The translations under genes and the position numbers were made by a program. From positions 864,001 to 928,000 of the forward strand of contig OY729427.2 of NCBI GenBank assembly GCA_963422375.2: a stretch of DNA of 64,000 nt, given 5' to 3'. Each line of letters begins with the position of its first letter. The first letter of the stretch is position 1. Source of the DNA: Bryobacterales bacterium. Lineage in GTDB: Bacteria; Acidobacteriota; Terriglobia; Bryobacterales; UBA6623. The notes beneath the pieces are model-generated. The model searched no databases. It was not told the origin of the DNA and was given only the letters and a program-made list of their open reading frames with translations. Below are positions 1-8,969 of this stretch, piece after piece.

Positions 1-218
1 TCGGCGCACTCCTAGCTGCCCCAAGACATTCTTGGCCGTCTGTTCGATAGTGGTACTACGTCTTGTTCTTCAAAGCCTCGCATACGCTAGACTATAGGAC
101 GAAGCAGACGCTCGATAGAGGTGAAATTTAAGTCAAATCTAACGCAGTGCTATCATCCTAGTTCGATTCGCGACAATCTCTGAATTGACACAAAGATCAA
201 GGTGTTGGATTCATGTTT

Positions 219-481
219 CTAGCCGTGGAAAAAGCGAATGGAGAGGTCCTCAAAGTTTTCCGTTTCTCGTACTAAATGGATCAGAATTCTGTTTCTGAGA
301 TTATCTTCTTCTAGGACAACTCTAAGGGGATTTTCAGCCTTCGTAGACTGGAATAATCTTGCTATTGTCAGAACTTCATTTCGACGATAATCCATCTCTA
401 TCAGATTGCCACTAAGAATATAAACATGCTTCAGATCGCAGGGAAACAGCGTCTCTAAAACGATTAAATCGTGATTCAATA
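219..481 (-). pseudogene. Low-GC gene remnant interrupted by IS1595; probable 5' part at 1896-1957
   Basis: AT-rich segment; removing the IS joins an AGGA-ATG start at 1957 (MTPEEYRSRAEQ...) to this segment, but the joined frame stops after 43 codons; no family recognised. Confidence 0.35.
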
Positions 482-1887
482 GGGAATTATATATCTGAGT
501 GACTAGGCAACTTATTTGGCAAATCATCAATCCATAATTTAATTTGATATTTCTTCCGGATATCTGTTGAAAGTCTGTGGAGTTTCTTGATAGAATGGTT
601 CCAATATAGGAGGTCGTCATTGAAGAATGAGAAGCAGAAAGATCCCGGGAATTGGTTTCGTAAAGGCATCACGTTGATTGAAGTGATCGCCATGTTCCCC
701 GATGACGAATCCGCGGAAAAGTGGTTCGCCTCCGTGCGCTGGCCGGACGGTCCGGCATGCCCCCGCTGCCGCGGCTCCAGCGTGCAGTCCGGCGCGGCCC
801 ACCCTTCGATGCCGTACCGTTGCCGCGGTTGCGGCAAGCGCTTTTCCGTGCGCGCCGGCAGCGTGACGGCCGACGCCAAGCTCTGCTACCGCGTCCGGGC
901 CGTGGCCCTGTTCCTGCTGACCACCGGCCTCAAGGGCGTCTCCAGCATGAAGCTGCACCGCGACCCGGGCATCAGCCGGAAGTCGGCCCGGCACCTGGCG
1001 CACCGCATCCGCGCGTGCCGGGAGCGGGACCGGGACCTGTTCGTCGGCCCGGTGGAAGTGGACGAGACGTACGTCGGCGGCAAGGAGCGCAACAAGCACG
1101 AGAGCAAGAAGGCCCGCGCCGGGCGCGGGACCGTCGGCAAGACCCCCGTGGCGGGCGCGCGGGACCGCGCCACGAACGAAGCGGCCGCCCGGCCGCTGCC
1201 GGGCACGACCGAGGGCGACCTGCAGGGCTTCGCGCGCGGCCGGGTCGCGCCGGGCGCGCAGGTCCGCTCCGACGAGGCGGCGGCCTGCGCCGGCATGGAG
1301 GAGTTCTCGCACGAAGCCGTCAGGCACTCCGGCGGCGAGTACGTGCGCGGGACAGCGCATGCGAACGGCATCGAGTCGTTCCGGTCCCTGTTCAAGCGCG
1401 GCCTCTACGGAACCTATCACCGGATGAGCGTCCGTCATTCGGGCCGCTACCTCACGGAGTTCGCGGGACGGCGCAACGCCCGCAACTGCGACACGGCGGA
1501 ACGGATGCGGCGCATGGCGCGGGGCCCGGTCGGCCGGACGCTGACCTACCGGCAACTGGTCGGCAAGGCCGCGGTCGCGGCCCGAGCACGACCTAGCCGG
1601 TCCGCTGCGGCCTCTCTTCACGCTCGGTGCGAAGGGCGATCCGGATCCGGAATCCCGCGCCGCGACCGGTGTCCAGCCCGGACAATTCCTACCGGCAGCC
1701 GCCTTGGAAGGGGAGCCTCTCCAGTCCGTGCGCCGCGAAATCCGCTGGCCGCCGCGATTCAGATACGAACCGACCCTTCGGTACCCACCTCGGCCGCACA
1801 CCAATGACCCGAGCAAGACGGCGATGTCCCCAATCAGGGCAGTTCTAGCCGGACATGGCGTCGCCGGCACTCAGATATATAATTCCC
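482..1887 (+). mobile_element. IS1595-family insertion sequence with complete boundaries
   Basis: 20-bp perfect terminal inverted repeats GGGAATTATATATCTGAGTG (482-501) / CACTCAGATATATAATTCCC (1868-1887); identical 8-bp flanks ATTCAATA at 474-481 and 1888-1895 (target-site duplication); encloses a DDE transposase ORF. Confidence 0.95.
620..1807 (+). CDS. IS1595-family transposase, probably inactivated by missense changes and read-through; start uncertain
   Basis: Zn ribbon CPRC...CRGC, VEVDETYVGG, SDE, HxNGIESF, RYLxEF and LTYRQL motifs; several normally conserved W/L/Y positions read R/P/C; ORF runs about 80 codons past the usual LTY end. Confidence 0.9.
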   Translation: MKNEKQKDPGNWFRKGITLIEVIAMFPDDESAEKWFASVRWPDGPACPRCRGSSVQSGAAHPSMPYRCRGCGKRFSVRAGSVTADAKLCYRVRAVALFLLTTGLKGVSSMKLHRDPGISRKSARHLAHRIRACRERDRDLFVGPVEVDETYVGGKERNKHESKKARAGRGTVGKTPVAGARDRATNEAAARPLPGTTEGDLQGFARGRVAPGAQVRSDEAAACAGMEEFSHEAVRHSGGEYVRGTAHANGIESFRSLFKRGLYGTYHRMSVRHSGRYLTEFAGRRNARNCDTAERMRRMARGPVGRTLTYRQLVGKAAVAARARPSRSAAASLHARCEGRSGSGIPRRDRCPARTIPTGSRLGRGASPVRAPRNPLAAAIQIRTDPSVPTSAAHQ

Positions 1888-2118
1888 ATTCAATAACCCG
1901 TTGAAGACTGATCCTCCCCGCCTGCTCCGCGCGAGAACGATACTCTTCAGGAGTCATTCCTGTTAGGCTCGGCTCCGCCACCCACGGATTCATCGGAATC
2001 GCTTAGCGGCCTACAGAGGACTCGAGTCACAAGATCGAGTCCTTTAGGCATCGATTCCCAAGCCGCAAGGCCATGTCCGAGTAACCTGCAGGCGTCGTAG
2101 CATCGCCTCCTCGCCGCA

Positions 2119-3300
2119 CTAGTTCGGCCCTACCACCGACACGAAGCTGACGCAGCGACCCGGAGCACCTCCGAGGTTGTGCGTCAGGCCCAAGCTGGGC
2201 GAGGGCACCTGCCGTTTCCCGGCCTCCCCGCGGAACTGCAGCCACATCTCGTACATCATCCGGAGACCGCTGGCCCCGATGGGATGCCCGAAGCTCTTCA
2301 GGCCTCCGTCCGGGTTCACCGGCTGGGCCCCTCCGATCTCGAACCGCCCGTCGAGCGTGTCCCGCCAAGCTTTGCCACGCCGCGAGAACCCCAGATCCTC
2401 CATCAGCACCAGCTCTGTCGGCGTGAAGCAGTCATGCACCTCCGCGAGGGAGATCTCCTCGCGCGGCTCGCGAACGCCTGCCTGCGCGTAGGCGTCCGCG
2501 GCGCTCGCCACCACCTCGGGAAAGGTGGTGTAGTCGTAGTCCTGGCGCTTCGCGCCGTCGGCTGGCCCGGCGATGAACGACAGGGCCTTGACGAGCAGCG
2601 GGGTGTCCGTGTACTTGTGGGCGTCCTCGCTGCGGCACAGGATGGCCGCCGCGGCACCGTCGCTGACCCCCGAGCAGTCGAACACGCCGAGCATGCCCGC
2701 GACCCTAGGCGCGCCCTCGATCTTCTCCGGGGAGACGGCCCGCCGGAACTGGGCCTTCGGGTTCAGCGCCCCGTTCGCGTGGTTCTTGCAGGCGATGCGG
2801 GTCAGCGCCGCACGCAGAGTCTGCCCCTCCAGACCGTACTTCTTCGCGTAGGCGGGAGCGAGCAAGGAGAAGGTCGCCGGCGCGGTCATCGACGACTGCG
2901 TCCCGTCGGTCGGAATCCCCCCTCCGGTCGCGAGACCGGAATAGCCGGAATCCTTCAGCTTCTCCACGCCGATCGCCATCACTAGGTCGTAGGCCCCGCA
3001 GCACACCGCGTAGGCAGCGTTGCGCAAGGCCTCGCTGCCGGTGGCGCAGAAGTTCTCGACGCGGGTGACGGGCCTGTAGCCCGTCTTCAGCGGCTCGGAC
3101 AGCATCAGGCCCGAAAGCCCGCTCGCCAGGGTGCCCATCCAATAGGCGTCGATCACCTCGCGGTCCACGCGGGCCGACGCGCATGCCTCCAGCGCCGCTT
3201 CGACGAGCAAGTCGCTCGCCCCGCGGTCCCAGTGCTCCCCGAAACGCGTGCAACCCATCCCCACGATCGCTACGCGGTCTCGAATTCCCCTGCTGGCCAT
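2119..3300 (-). CDS. Thiolase (acetyl-CoA acetyltransferase, SCP2/PhlC-like subfamily)
   Basis: Start MASRGIRDRVAIVGMG; ENFCATG active-site Cys, SDGAAA, EVHDCF, GHPIGASG, HNLGG. Confidence 0.9.
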   Translation of the reverse strand: MASRGIRDRVAIVGMGCTRFGEHWDRGASDLLVEAALEACASARVDREVIDAYWMGTLASGLSGLMLSEPLKTGYRPVTRVENFCATGSEALRNAAYAVCCGAYDLVMAIGVEKLKDSGYSGLATGGGIPTDGTQSSMTAPATFSLLAPAYAKKYGLEGQTLRAALTRIACKNHANGALNPKAQFRRAVSPEKIEGAPRVAGMLGVFDCSGVSDGAAAAILCRSEDAHKYTDTPLLVKALSFIAGPADGAKRQDYDYTTFPEVVASAADAYAQAGVREPREEISLAEVHDCFTPTELVLMEDLGFSRRGKAWRDTLDGRFEIGGAQPVNPDGGLKSFGHPIGASGLRMMYEMWLQFRGEAGKRQVPSPSLGLTHNLGGAPGRCVSFVSVVGPN

Positions 3301-3326
3301 TGCACCCCCTGCGACCGCGATCAATC

Positions 3327-4715
3327 TTAGCGCCTGGGGCGGGCTTTCCAGAAATAGTTCCGCACGCCGTCCGACGTATAGAGTCGACGGAACGTCATCT
3401 CCAGGGACTGTCCGATTTCCACCGCGCCCGGGTCGACGTCCGCGAGCTCGCACGCGAACCGGCCTCCCTGGTCGAAGTCGACCACCGCGGCGACGACCGG
3501 CTGCTGCAGCGAGTACGCAAGGTGGTCGATCGTGTAGGTCGCGACCTTGGCGGTGGCATCGGCGTAGGGAGCCGGGTCCATCTCGTCGATCGCGGCGCAC
3601 TGCACGCAGACCTGCTGCGGCGGCAGGTTCACCGCGCCGCAGGCCCGGCAACGCGACCCGACGAAAGCGTACTTCCAGCGCTCGGCGCGCCGCATCGGCG
3701 GCGCGGCCGGCCGCGGGGGATCAGGGCGCCGCGGCGGCTCGAACGGCAGGATGCCCCGCCACTTCAAATAGGTCTCGTAAGGCAGGCCCGGCCGCTTGGA
3801 TCCGACCCAGTCGGCTACCCGGCGCGCAGGCCGCGCCCGCCCGATGCGACCGGTGGCTTCGAGCACGAGCGCCTCGGCGCCGTCGGCGGCGCACAGCACG
3901 GCAAGGCGGTCGCCCGGCGAGGCCGCGTCCAGCATGCTCGCCAGCAGGAGACCCGCGTGGGCAGCTCCGGACCGTCCGACGGTGGCCGACAGGTCGTCCG
4001 CGACCTGCCCCGGACCGAGACCCGCCGCCCTAGCAAGCGACGCCACGACCCTAGGATGGGACGTGTCCACGGCCACCCTCGACAAGTCGGACACGCCCAG
4101 TCCAGCCTGCCGCAGGGCCTCGGCAAGCACGGCCTCCAGGGCCGGCACGAGACGCTGCTGGACGAACCGCTCCTCCCAGTGCCGCGCAAATGGCTGCTCC
4201 GGCCCGCGCCACACGTCGAGAATCTCCTCTGTGCGAGAGGCCGCGCCAAGGATTTCGGCACCGGCGTCCGCGCCCTCCCCGATCACGAAGGCGGACGCGG
4301 CGTCGCCCCCAGCGGACTCCCGGGGACCCATCGGAGCGCCGACTACTACGTCGGCCGCGCAGACCAGCAGCGGCCCGGCACCGCTAGCCTGAAACGCGAG
4401 GCCGAGAGCCGCGAGACCGGACCGGCTCGATCCGCCCACGTCGACGGCCCGGATCTCCGGCGGCAGGGCGGTGGCGGCATGCACGGCCGCGGCATTCAGC
4501 TTCTCGGCGTACGGATGCGACGTGGATGCAAACAGCAGCGCCAGAGGCCCGAGGCTAGCGCCTTTGAGAGCCTCTCGAGCCGCCTCGACAGCCAGCGACG
4601 TGGCGTCCTCGTCGTAGCTCGCGACAGCCCGCTCGCCGCGCCCGCGACCGGCCAGCCCACAACGGCTCAACCGGCAGTACGGAACGTACGTCCCGTAACG
4701 CAGCACACCTGGCAC
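3327..4715 (-). CDS. HMG-CoA-synthase-like domain fused to DUF35 (Zn ribbon + OB fold)
   Basis: YGTYVPY, DEDATSLAVEA, GGDAASA in N-terminal domain; C-terminal CRAC...CVQC, TYTIDHL, FRRLY...NYFWKA. Confidence 0.88.
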   Translation of the reverse strand: MPGVLRYGTYVPYCRLSRCGLAGRGRGERAVASYDEDATSLAVEAAREALKGASLGPLALLFASTSHPYAEKLNAAAVHAATALPPEIRAVDVGGSSRSGLAALGLAFQASGAGPLLVCAADVVVGAPMGPRESAGGDAASAFVIGEGADAGAEILGAASRTEEILDVWRGPEQPFARHWEERFVQQRLVPALEAVLAEALRQAGLGVSDLSRVAVDTSHPRVVASLARAAGLGPGQVADDLSATVGRSGAAHAGLLLASMLDAASPGDRLAVLCAADGAEALVLEATGRIGRARPARRVADWVGSKRPGLPYETYLKWRGILPFEPPRRPDPPRPAAPPMRRAERWKYAFVGSRCRACGAVNLPPQQVCVQCAAIDEMDPAPYADATAKVATYTIDHLAYSLQQPVVAAVVDFDQGGRFACELADVDPGAVEIGQSLEMTFRRLYTSDGVRNYFWKARPRR

Positions 4716-4747
4716 GAACGGGGTATTCTCCCATGGACCGCAAGCGC

Positions 4748-5362
4748 CTACCGAGCCAGGAACTCGAAGCTCACGTCACCCACCGTCGCGACCATCCGCC
4801 CCCTCCCGAGCTGCCGGCCCGCGGTCGGGAAGAACAGGGCCCCGTCGGCCGACTCGCCGGGCTGGACGCTGCCGCTGACGAATGTGATGGCCGCAGCGGC
4901 GGCGGAGGCCTTCAGGCCCTTGGGACCGAACGCCAGAGCCGAGAGCCGCCGTTTCTCGTAGCTGTTGTTCGGGCGAATGAACTGGTTGTTGTAGAGGGCC
5001 TTCTCGTAGGCTGTCTGCAGCTTCAGCAGCTCCGACCGGCCGGCGGTGCGGAAAAACTCGCCGATCACGCGCTGCTCGGAGACGGCCCGCACGACCGTGC
5101 CGTCGCTGTATTCGAACGCGAAACTGGACGAGTCCACGTGCCACGGCTGGCGGCTGCCGTTACTCACCGCGACATGCATGACCGCGTAGCGGCTGGTCTT
5201 CAGCGGCATGGGGGCGCACATCAGCGTCAGGCCCTCCCGGGTGAGCACCTGATAGCTCATCCCGTTCGCCTCGAACTCGATGACCTGTGCCCGGGCCGCC
5301 GCGGCGAGCGCCACGAGGGCGGCCGCGAGTACACTCCGCCGCGCTGCTCGCAGGCGTCGCAT
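4748..5362 (-). CDS. Hypothetical exported protein
   Basis: Signal peptide (..LVALAAAARA-Q) followed by a globular-looking sequence; divergent from tex. Confidence 0.75.
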   Translation of the reverse strand: MRRLRAARRSVLAAALVALAAAARAQVIEFEANGMSYQVLTREGLTLMCAPMPLKTSRYAVMHVAVSNGSRQPWHVDSSSFAFEYSDGTVVRAVSEQRVIGEFFRTAGRSELLKLQTAYEKALYNNQFIRPNNSYEKRRLSALAFGPKGLKASAAAAAITFVSGSVQPGESADGALFFPTAGRQLGRGRMVATVGDVSFEFLAR

Positions 5363-5408
5363 GTTTTGCCTTATGATACAGAAAGCGTTCGACGTCTTTG
5401 GTTAGCTA

Positions 5409-8066
5409 ATGAAACCCCTGACAGGGCTTCCCGTGGACTGCTTCGTGCAGGTATCGCAGGAATGCGACATCCCACTCAAGGACCTTCTGGAGCTGGTGCG
5501 GCAGGTCGAGAACGGCACCTCGGTGGCGTTTCTCGCTAGGTACCGGGCAGATTTGTGCGGAGGTTTGGACGAGGAGAGCGTTCACGGAGCCCTGCGACGG
5601 ATCAGGGAGCGCCAAGACCTGATCGACCACCGGATCTCGATGCTGACGACCTTGGGGCAGCGGGGGGTGCTCACGCCCGCGCTCAGAAAGCAGTTGGAAG
5701 AGGCCTCCGACCGACGCGAGCTCAACGACGTCTTCGCGCCCTACCGCGCACGCAAGCGCGACGAGGCCGACGCGGCGATCGAGAACGGCATGGATCCGCT
5801 CGCTCGCGCGCTGTGGGCCCAGCAGGACGGGGTCGACCTCTTGGAAGAGGCGGCCACGCACTTGGCGCCCGAGAGAGGCATCGACGCAGCCGAGACGGCG
5901 CTCGAGGGCGCTTACGCGATCGCCTCGCGCTGGCTGGGGGAGAAGCCCGAGATCCTGCGGGAGCTGCGCAAGCTCTGTCGGCGGGACTGTGAGCTAGTGG
6001 TGTCAACCCTGCCGGTCGCTCGCAACGACCCTCGCTCCCAAGCCTTGGACGGTTTCCGGGCCAAGGTCGCCGAGGTCGACTGGCACAAGCGGCTGTCCAT
6101 CCGGCGAGGCATCCGCACGGGCGTCCTGGAGGCTCGCACGGAGTTCCCGGTCGAGACCGCTGCACGCTATCTCGAGCGGTGCCTGATCGTGGACGAGGAA
6201 TCCAAGTACGCGCCGCACCTCAAGAAGGTCGTCGCCAAGACACTGGAGAACGGCCTCTTGGAGCGAATCAAAGGCGACGTTCTCCGTCAGATCGACGACC
6301 AGGCCGACGCCGAGGCCGTTGGATCGTACTGCAAGGCGCTGCGCGAGGCTCTTCTCGGCCCCGTAGCCCACGGGCTGAACATCATCGGCGTCGAGACGGG
6401 GCGGCCGGGAGGCTGGCGGGCCGCCTTGATAGACGGCGACGGAGCTCTGGTCGACTACGCGATCGTGCGTCAAGACGACTCTCGCGGCGGGTCGGGGCGG
6501 CAAGGCCGCGCCGCGAGGCGAGCGGATCTGCCCGTCGCGGTGCCGCTCCGCACCGGCCCGCCCGTGGGCGCGCCGCCTCCGCTCCCGAGCGCTGCCGACC
6601 AAGAGGCGGCACCGGAACCGGAGCAGCCGGCGAGTCAGCCTGCCGCCAAGGCGGAAGGCAACGAGACCGCCCCAGAGGGAGCGGCGCCAGAGTCGGAACC
6701 CGCGCCGAAGGAAGGGATCCAAGGCGACCCCAAGCCCCCGAAGCGGGCCCCTCGGGCACAGCAGGCCCGGGTCGCAGAGCTCAGCGAGATCCTCACCGCG
6801 CACGACGTCGACCTGATCGTCTTCCCTGCCGGGCCGCGCCATAGGGACACAGAGAGATTCCTCCGCGCGCAAATCCGCGATTCGGGCAAGACAGAGACAG
6901 CTTGGCTTGCGATGCGCGACAAGGGCACTTGGATATTCGCCACGTCGAAAACCGCCAAGCGCGAATTCCCCCGCCTCGACCCAGCGTTTCGCAGCGCGAT
7001 CAGCCTCGCTCGCAGGGTTCAGGATCCCATGGCGGAACTGGTCAAGGCCGACCCAAGGACCGTGGGCATCGGGAACAATCACCACGAAGTGGACGGGGAG
7101 CGGCTGCGCCGGGCCTTGGGCCTATCTATGGAGCGGGCGGTCCATGACGCCGGGGTGGACGTGAACCGCGCGCACTCGGACCTTCTGGCGCTGGTACCGG
7201 GCATCACTCCGAGGCTCGCGCGGCGGGTGGTGGAGCACCGCAGGGAGCACGGGCCGTTCCGGTCACGCGCGAGCCTGCTCGAGGTCGACGGCCTCGGCGA
7301 GCAGGCCTTTGCCCAAGCTGTGGGCTTCCTGCGGGTGTACGGCGGCGACCCGCTAGACGCCACAGGGGCGCATCCCGAATACCATGCACTGCACGAGCAG
7401 CTCGCCGAGACGGCCGGCTGCGACCTTGCAACCCTGCTGGCCGAGCCCGAGCGACTCGACGCGATCAATGCCGAGGAACTCGCGACACAGGAACGGTCGG
7501 TGGTATTCGTGCAGGCGACCATGGAGGAGCTCAAGCCGTCTCGCAGGCGAGTCCGGGGCAAGTTCCAGCTGCCGACACCGGTCGTGCCGCTCCGGCCGGA
7601 CGAAGAGCTGCGCCCGGGGGCCAAGGTGTCCGGCGTCGTAGCCAGCGTGGCCGACTTTGGCGTCTTCATCGACATCGGCGGCGACCAAGACGGGCTGCTG
7701 CACGTCTCGCAGATCGACCGGGACCGTGTGAAGGACTCGAAACCGGACTTCAATGTCGGCGACTCGGTCGAGGTCTACATCAAGGCCTCCGACCGCAACA
7801 GCAGGCGCATCCTGCTCTCGACGTGGGGCCCGCGCGAGCGACCGCCGCGCGACAGGGACCGCGGCGGCCCGCCCTCCCGGTTCGGCGACAGGCCGGGCGA
7901 CGGCCGACGACGACGCGGGGGGCCTGACCGAGGCGACCGTCGCCGACCGTACAGCCGAACATTCGGGCCCGACACCGAGGAGAGCCGGTCGCGGGGCAGC
8001 CAATCCAGGATGAGCTTGGAAGAGAAGCTGGACCGGCTAAAGGACCAGTACCGGACCAAGGTCTAG
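5409..8066 (+). CDS. tex: Tex-like transcription accessory protein (divergent, with low-complexity insert)
   Basis: GTSVAFLARYR, SAISLARRVQDPMAELVK, GVDVN/HhH region, LDATGAHPE, S1 domain (FGVFIDIG..DGLLHVSQ). Confidence 0.88.
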   Translation: MKPLTGLPVDCFVQVSQECDIPLKDLLELVRQVENGTSVAFLARYRADLCGGLDEESVHGALRRIRERQDLIDHRISMLTTLGQRGVLTPALRKQLEEASDRRELNDVFAPYRARKRDEADAAIENGMDPLARALWAQQDGVDLLEEAATHLAPERGIDAAETALEGAYAIASRWLGEKPEILRELRKLCRRDCELVVSTLPVARNDPRSQALDGFRAKVAEVDWHKRLSIRRGIRTGVLEARTEFPVETAARYLERCLIVDEESKYAPHLKKVVAKTLENGLLERIKGDVLRQIDDQADAEAVGSYCKALREALLGPVAHGLNIIGVETGRPGGWRAALIDGDGALVDYAIVRQDDSRGGSGRQGRAARRADLPVAVPLRTGPPVGAPPPLPSAADQEAAPEPEQPASQPAAKAEGNETAPEGAAPESEPAPKEGIQGDPKPPKRAPRAQQARVAELSEILTAHDVDLIVFPAGPRHRDTERFLRAQIRDSGKTETAWLAMRDKGTWIFATSKTAKREFPRLDPAFRSAISLARRVQDPMAELVKADPRTVGIGNNHHEVDGERLRRALGLSMERAVHDAGVDVNRAHSDLLALVPGITPRLARRVVEHRREHGPFRSRASLLEVDGLGEQAFAQAVGFLRVYGGDPLDATGAHPEYHALHEQLAETAGCDLATLLAEPERLDAINAEELATQERSVVFVQATMEELKPSRRRVRGKFQLPTPVVPLRPDEELRPGAKVSGVVASVADFGVFIDIGGDQDGLLHVSQIDRDRVKDSKPDFNVGDSVEVYIKASDRNSRRILLSTWGPRERPPRDRDRGGPPSRFGDRPGDGRRRRGGPDRGDRRRPYSRTFGPDTEESRSRGSQSRMSLEEKLDRLKDQYRTKV

Positions 8067-8068
8067 GC

Positions 8069-8743
8069 GTGGGGCGCGGGCGCGCCGCGGGGGACAGTCC
8101 CGGCTGGTCCTTGGAGCTCGCCGCGAGGGCGTCCGGATTCAGTCGCATTGCGGGCGTAGACGAAGTCGGCCGCGGATGCCTCTTCGGCCCGGTCTTCGCG
8201 GCGGCCGCGGTCTTGGACAGCTCAGCTCCCCTGCCCGGTTTGGACGACAGCAAGCGGCTCGGACCGCGCCAGCGGAGCGAGCTCGACCGGCAGATCCGCG
8301 AGACGGCCGTCGCGTTCGCCGTAGCAGCTGCGGACGCCGCAACGATCGACCTGCTCAACATCTTGCAGGCATCCAAACTGGCGATGCGGCTCGCCGTGGG
8401 CAAGCTCACCCCGGCCCCGGACTTCCTGCTGCTCGACGCCGTGGCCATTGACGTGGCGGTTCCGCAGCGGGCGATCATCCGAGGAGACAGGAAGAGCTGT
8501 TCGATCGCTGCGGCCTCGATCCTCGCGAAGGTCGCCCGGGACCGTTGCATGCTCGCTTGGGATGCCGTCTATCCGCAGTACGGCCTGCGGTCGCACAAGG
8601 GCTATCCAGTGGCAGCGCACCTCGAGGCCATGCGCAAGCACGGCTGCACGCCGCAGCACCGCCGCAGTTTCGCGCCAGTGGCGCGACTTACCAGTGACCT
8701 GCCGCCCATGCTGGCGGCCGGACATCCGCACCCGAGCGACTGA
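8069..8743 (+). CDS. rnhB: Ribonuclease HII
   Basis: GVDEVGRG, DDSK, SIAAASILAKVARD, HKGY, HRRSF. Confidence 0.95.
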   Translation: MGRGRAAGDSPGWSLELAARASGFSRIAGVDEVGRGCLFGPVFAAAAVLDSSAPLPGLDDSKRLGPRQRSELDRQIRETAVAFAVAAADAATIDLLNILQASKLAMRLAVGKLTPAPDFLLLDAVAIDVAVPQRAIIRGDRKSCSIAAASILAKVARDRCMLAWDAVYPQYGLRSHKGYPVAAHLEAMRKHGCTPQHRRSFAPVARLTSDLPPMLAAGHPHPSD

Positions 8744-8906
8744 CGTCGCGTCGAGGGCAGTAGCAGACGACGGAAGCAGGCCCGGGGCGGACGCGCCAAG
8801 GGAGTCACTCTGCCGGGAGCGGACGCATCAACTCGGCCGGGAGCGACCGATCACGGCAGCGATGCTAGCCTCCGCTTGTAGGACGAATCGCATTCCTGCT
8901 AGCCGA

Positions 8907-8967
8907 GGGAATTATATATCTGAGTGCCGATAACGCCATATCCGGCTAGAACTGCTCTGATCGGGGA
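8907..8967 (-). mobile_element. Isolated right end of the IS1595 element
   Basis: About 60 bp matching the reverse complement of about 1828-1887, including the 20-bp TIR, with 6 substitutions; ends 2 bp before the next IS. Confidence 0.9.
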
Positions 8968-8969
8968 GG

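Noticed and set aside
136..212. ATCTAAC...GTTGGAT resembling integron attC core sites
   Set aside because: Inner L boxes are not complementary; no integrase or repeated cassette sites in the window.
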